A DNA stretch of 63,220 nt, counting the filler, from Licmophora abbreviata (lineage: Eukaryota): assembly GCA_900291995.1 (NCBI GenBank). It is 17 parts of 17 records of this genome, joined end to end, with 100 filler letters (N's around TTAATTAATTAA, not from the genome) between each part and the next. Parts side by side here need not be neighbours in the genome. Positions count along the whole stretch, not along the records: positions 60,460 to 63,220 come from OLMU01005519.1; 16 more parts are not named here. One strand, given 5' to 3'. A program made the position numbers and the translations under genes. How positions within the stretch are numbered: the first letter of the stretch is position 1; each line of letters starts with the position of its first letter. The notes under the pieces were generated by a model. The model was not told the origin of the DNA. It did not search any database and saw only the letters and a list, made by a program, of their open reading frames with translations. Shown in pieces: positions 60,460 through 63,220 of this stretch.

Positions 60460-63110
60460 ATCGGGAATGACCCCGCTGCCAGTGTCTCTACAACAGCGTT
60501 AATCACATCACTGTGAGGGTCTACTCGCTTTGTTGGCTTGCGACTCTTTCTCTGTGGCGGCCACTTTACAACTGTTGGAGCACCTGCATCCTTTGTTGAA
60601 CACATCAGAGAGAACTTGGTTCCTCCCGTGGGACTTCCATGTTTTGCTTGGCGCTGCCGACGCCTGTGAGTCAAGCCACTGGAAGGCTCCAGCAGACTTT
60701 CTGTTGCACCATTCATTGCGCTAGAGGCACGATCGGTAACCAACAGCTCTACATAGCGCTCTGCAGATTGGATCTCTAAAGTGTCATGTCGCTTTTGTGT
60801 AAGACGAGCGGGTGTTTTTGCCATCTGCTTGTGATGGGACTCACATCGTGAACCTTTCCAATTGATTGGAGAGCCAAATTGTGGGATGTCATCTGGAAGG
60901 TGAAGGAGGTGATGAAGTTTGACCAGCTTGGTTCCATTCCCTTCCTGTCGTTTGATCCCCAGGCGAACTTGTTTTACTACCGCACGAACACTTTTGTCCA
61001 ACCCACCATCCCGTACGATCGCCTTGGGGATTTCCTGCTGGTCGAGATAGTATCCAAGAACCAAAAGCTGCTCAAACAGATCACGGAACTCCAACGTCCG
61101 CTTTTGATCTTTTCTCATCCTTACAATGGTTGTATCGTCTCTTCGTTTGCGTTTACCCATCCCCCGCTTGCTCTTGATGAAATAATGAACAGCAAGGGAT
61201 TTCTCATTCTTCTCGTCCCAGGTCGCATCACAATGCAAAGCCAGTGTCAAAACAAACAAAATACCCTTGATGTCTTCGCCGTCCACGTTTTTCATGTTTG
61301 TCACCATCAACGATCGGCTGAGGTGTGGTAGTGTGCGGTCGCTTTGGCGGGAGGCAACCAAGCGTACTTCATTGGCAACAGACTCCAGGAAAACCTTTTG
61401 TGACGTCGTAAGTTGTTGAAATAGACCATTGATTGCATACCTGTGTAGGCCCTGCTCAAGTGCATGAAGCGATTCCGAGGGAGTGGCTCCCTGAATTCCT
61501 CTCTCGTTTGATCCAAAGTCACATTTCCGAAAGCCATTGTTATGATAGTGATAAGACAAGGCAGAAAGCTCTTCCAATTTCTTGTGTTTTACAAGATCCG
61601 TGATCTCTGACATCTTAATGTACTGGCATATGTACTGGTCGTTGTCTGCTTGCTCAAAAGGACATTTGCACTGACGGGAGATACAATTTGTCTTCTGGTA
61701 GAAGCGGTACCGCCCACACAAGTCGTCGTTGCCCAGGCAGTCACCAACAACAAAGCAAAGTGGCACCTTCAGCGTCACTGGGATATCATGGCCAGTCTCG
61801 TTATGAGAGAGGACAGTTGCAACCCCACCTCTCTTTTGCACACCCACAAGGCCTCTCATGGACTCGTACAGTAGCCTGTGAAAATTGTTGACGTTCAAAC
61901 CTTTTACGTTAGTCTTGTTGACAACACTTGGCACATTGCTTACATCCTTTATGTAGGCCAGGGGCCGCCATGCAAAGGCATGATTTCGAAGCTTGAGTGG
62001 GATGATATCCAGAGTGAAGGTTATGGGCTCCAGAGTGCAACGGCCGTGTCGATCGATGTGAGTGTGATCAATGAAGAGAATGATACCGGCCAATAAATCT
62101 CCAGTTGCAATGCATTGCTCCTTCTGTGTACGGCGATGCCAGTCCCCAGTGTGAACGTCACCATAGAACTGTCGGTTGTATGACACTGATTTCCGAGGGT
62201 CGTCATAATTGACGATTAAATGGGGTGCAATCCGAGGATCATGGACTAAATCAAGCAGCATGGTTTCGAAGTCAAATACAGGAATCTCAAGGAAGCCACC
62301 ACCATATAGACGGACAGGAACCGACTCTGGCTTTATTGAAAGCATACCCAATGATTCTTTCAACTGTTGCAAAAATGCTGACCTTGAGGGGTGTTGTTCC
62401 TCAAACTTGTACCCATGAAGGGTGGAACTACGGTGCGCCCATTTCATAACTTTGCTGAACAAATAGAGGGGCGCTTCTATCGCATTCAGCATCTCCAAAA
62501 GTTCCACCATGACAACATCTTTCGAGGAGGTGATCACATCTTCATAGCCATTGCTTCTGTCCGATTCCAGTGAATTATCATCATCGTTGTCATCGTCATC
62601 ATCATCATCATCATATACATCCTGATCCACATGATCAATAACAGAGAACTCATCTGAACTGGATTCACGATAAAATGGATCTGAAACTATATCAACAATG
62701 GCCGGTAAACGAGCTTTCTTCATGATGGTCTGGCCTTTGTTCTCTTCACTATTGCAGCTACTGTCATTGCTGTTGGAGGAATCGTCAGCGCTGCAGTGGG
62801 AATGAAGATCAGCAACGCTAGTACCTGGAGACAAATGTGCCTCGGAATCGTCACCTTCACCATAACTGCTAATTGTGGAGTGATTGTCACCAAAAAAACA
62901 AGCATCATCATCATCGGAATCACCACTGTCAGTTCTTTTATTCTCTTTGTCGTCCTTGTGTTGGCTGTTGTCATCAGGTTCATTTCTCCCCGTTTCATCA
63001 TCCCCTTGTTCATCCTGACAAAAGGCGTTCAAGTACCTATGAAGACTCAGTGAGCGAGATGAGAGGAATCTCTTTCTACAGCTGGGGCACACATGAGCCA
63101 TAGCTGGCAA
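60460..63110 (-). mobile_element. Plavaka-type (CACTA/EnSpm-related) DDE transposase with N-terminal zinc finger; 3' end lost at spacer
   Basis: CPSC..F......H...C; GDVHTGDW; IILFIDHTH....LEP..FTL; VGDCLGNDDLCG; SLH.LEQG; KLHHLLH.PDDI..FGSP; ESHHK..AK.P...TQ; intronless and open for about 880 codons. Confidence 0.85.
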
Positions 63111-63220
63111 TGGATGTATGTTTACTTTGTCGCACTTGTCGTCTCAATGTTTGATTGCGGGAAGAATCCTTGACTCCAACAAGGATACAAGGTTGGAGAG
63201 CCCATATGTGTCTCCTGTCA

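Overview
Gene-dense eukaryotic nuclear scaffold, most likely from a (probably pennate) diatom. Evidence: short GT-AG introns of about 65-135 nt, signal peptide + AxA-F plastid presequences, and frustulin cell-wall genes. Sixteen artificial 100-nt spacers (44 N + TTAATTAATTAA + 44 N) join contigs. Several genes run across them, so at least some joins are correctly ordered. About 35 genes are recognisable. Housekeeping: MnmG, CorA-type transporter, D-2-hydroxyacid dehydrogenase, lumazine synthase, a mitochondrial carrier, TSPO, RUVBL1, EMC10, CDC20, FKBP, PLRG1, an FHA-RING E3, homoserine dehydrogenase and a KCS/FAE1 elongase. Cell surface/glycan: two tandem frustulins, a VWD protein, a fasciclin, GT11, a Fringe/GT31-like transferase, a sulfotransferase and a Methyltransf_22 protein. 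Also two TPR proteins, several unknowns and a long uninterrupted Plavaka-type transposase at the right end. I cannot support a clear new biological system. The best leads are a single in-frame UGA-C in an otherwise intact TPR gene, the frustulin pair (lectin-like Trp-rich domain), the GDPH-containing VWD protein, a membrane protein with three SAP domains, the Plavaka element, and a recurrent CGCGCG upstream motif. All family assignments come from motif recognition by eye; no database searches were run.
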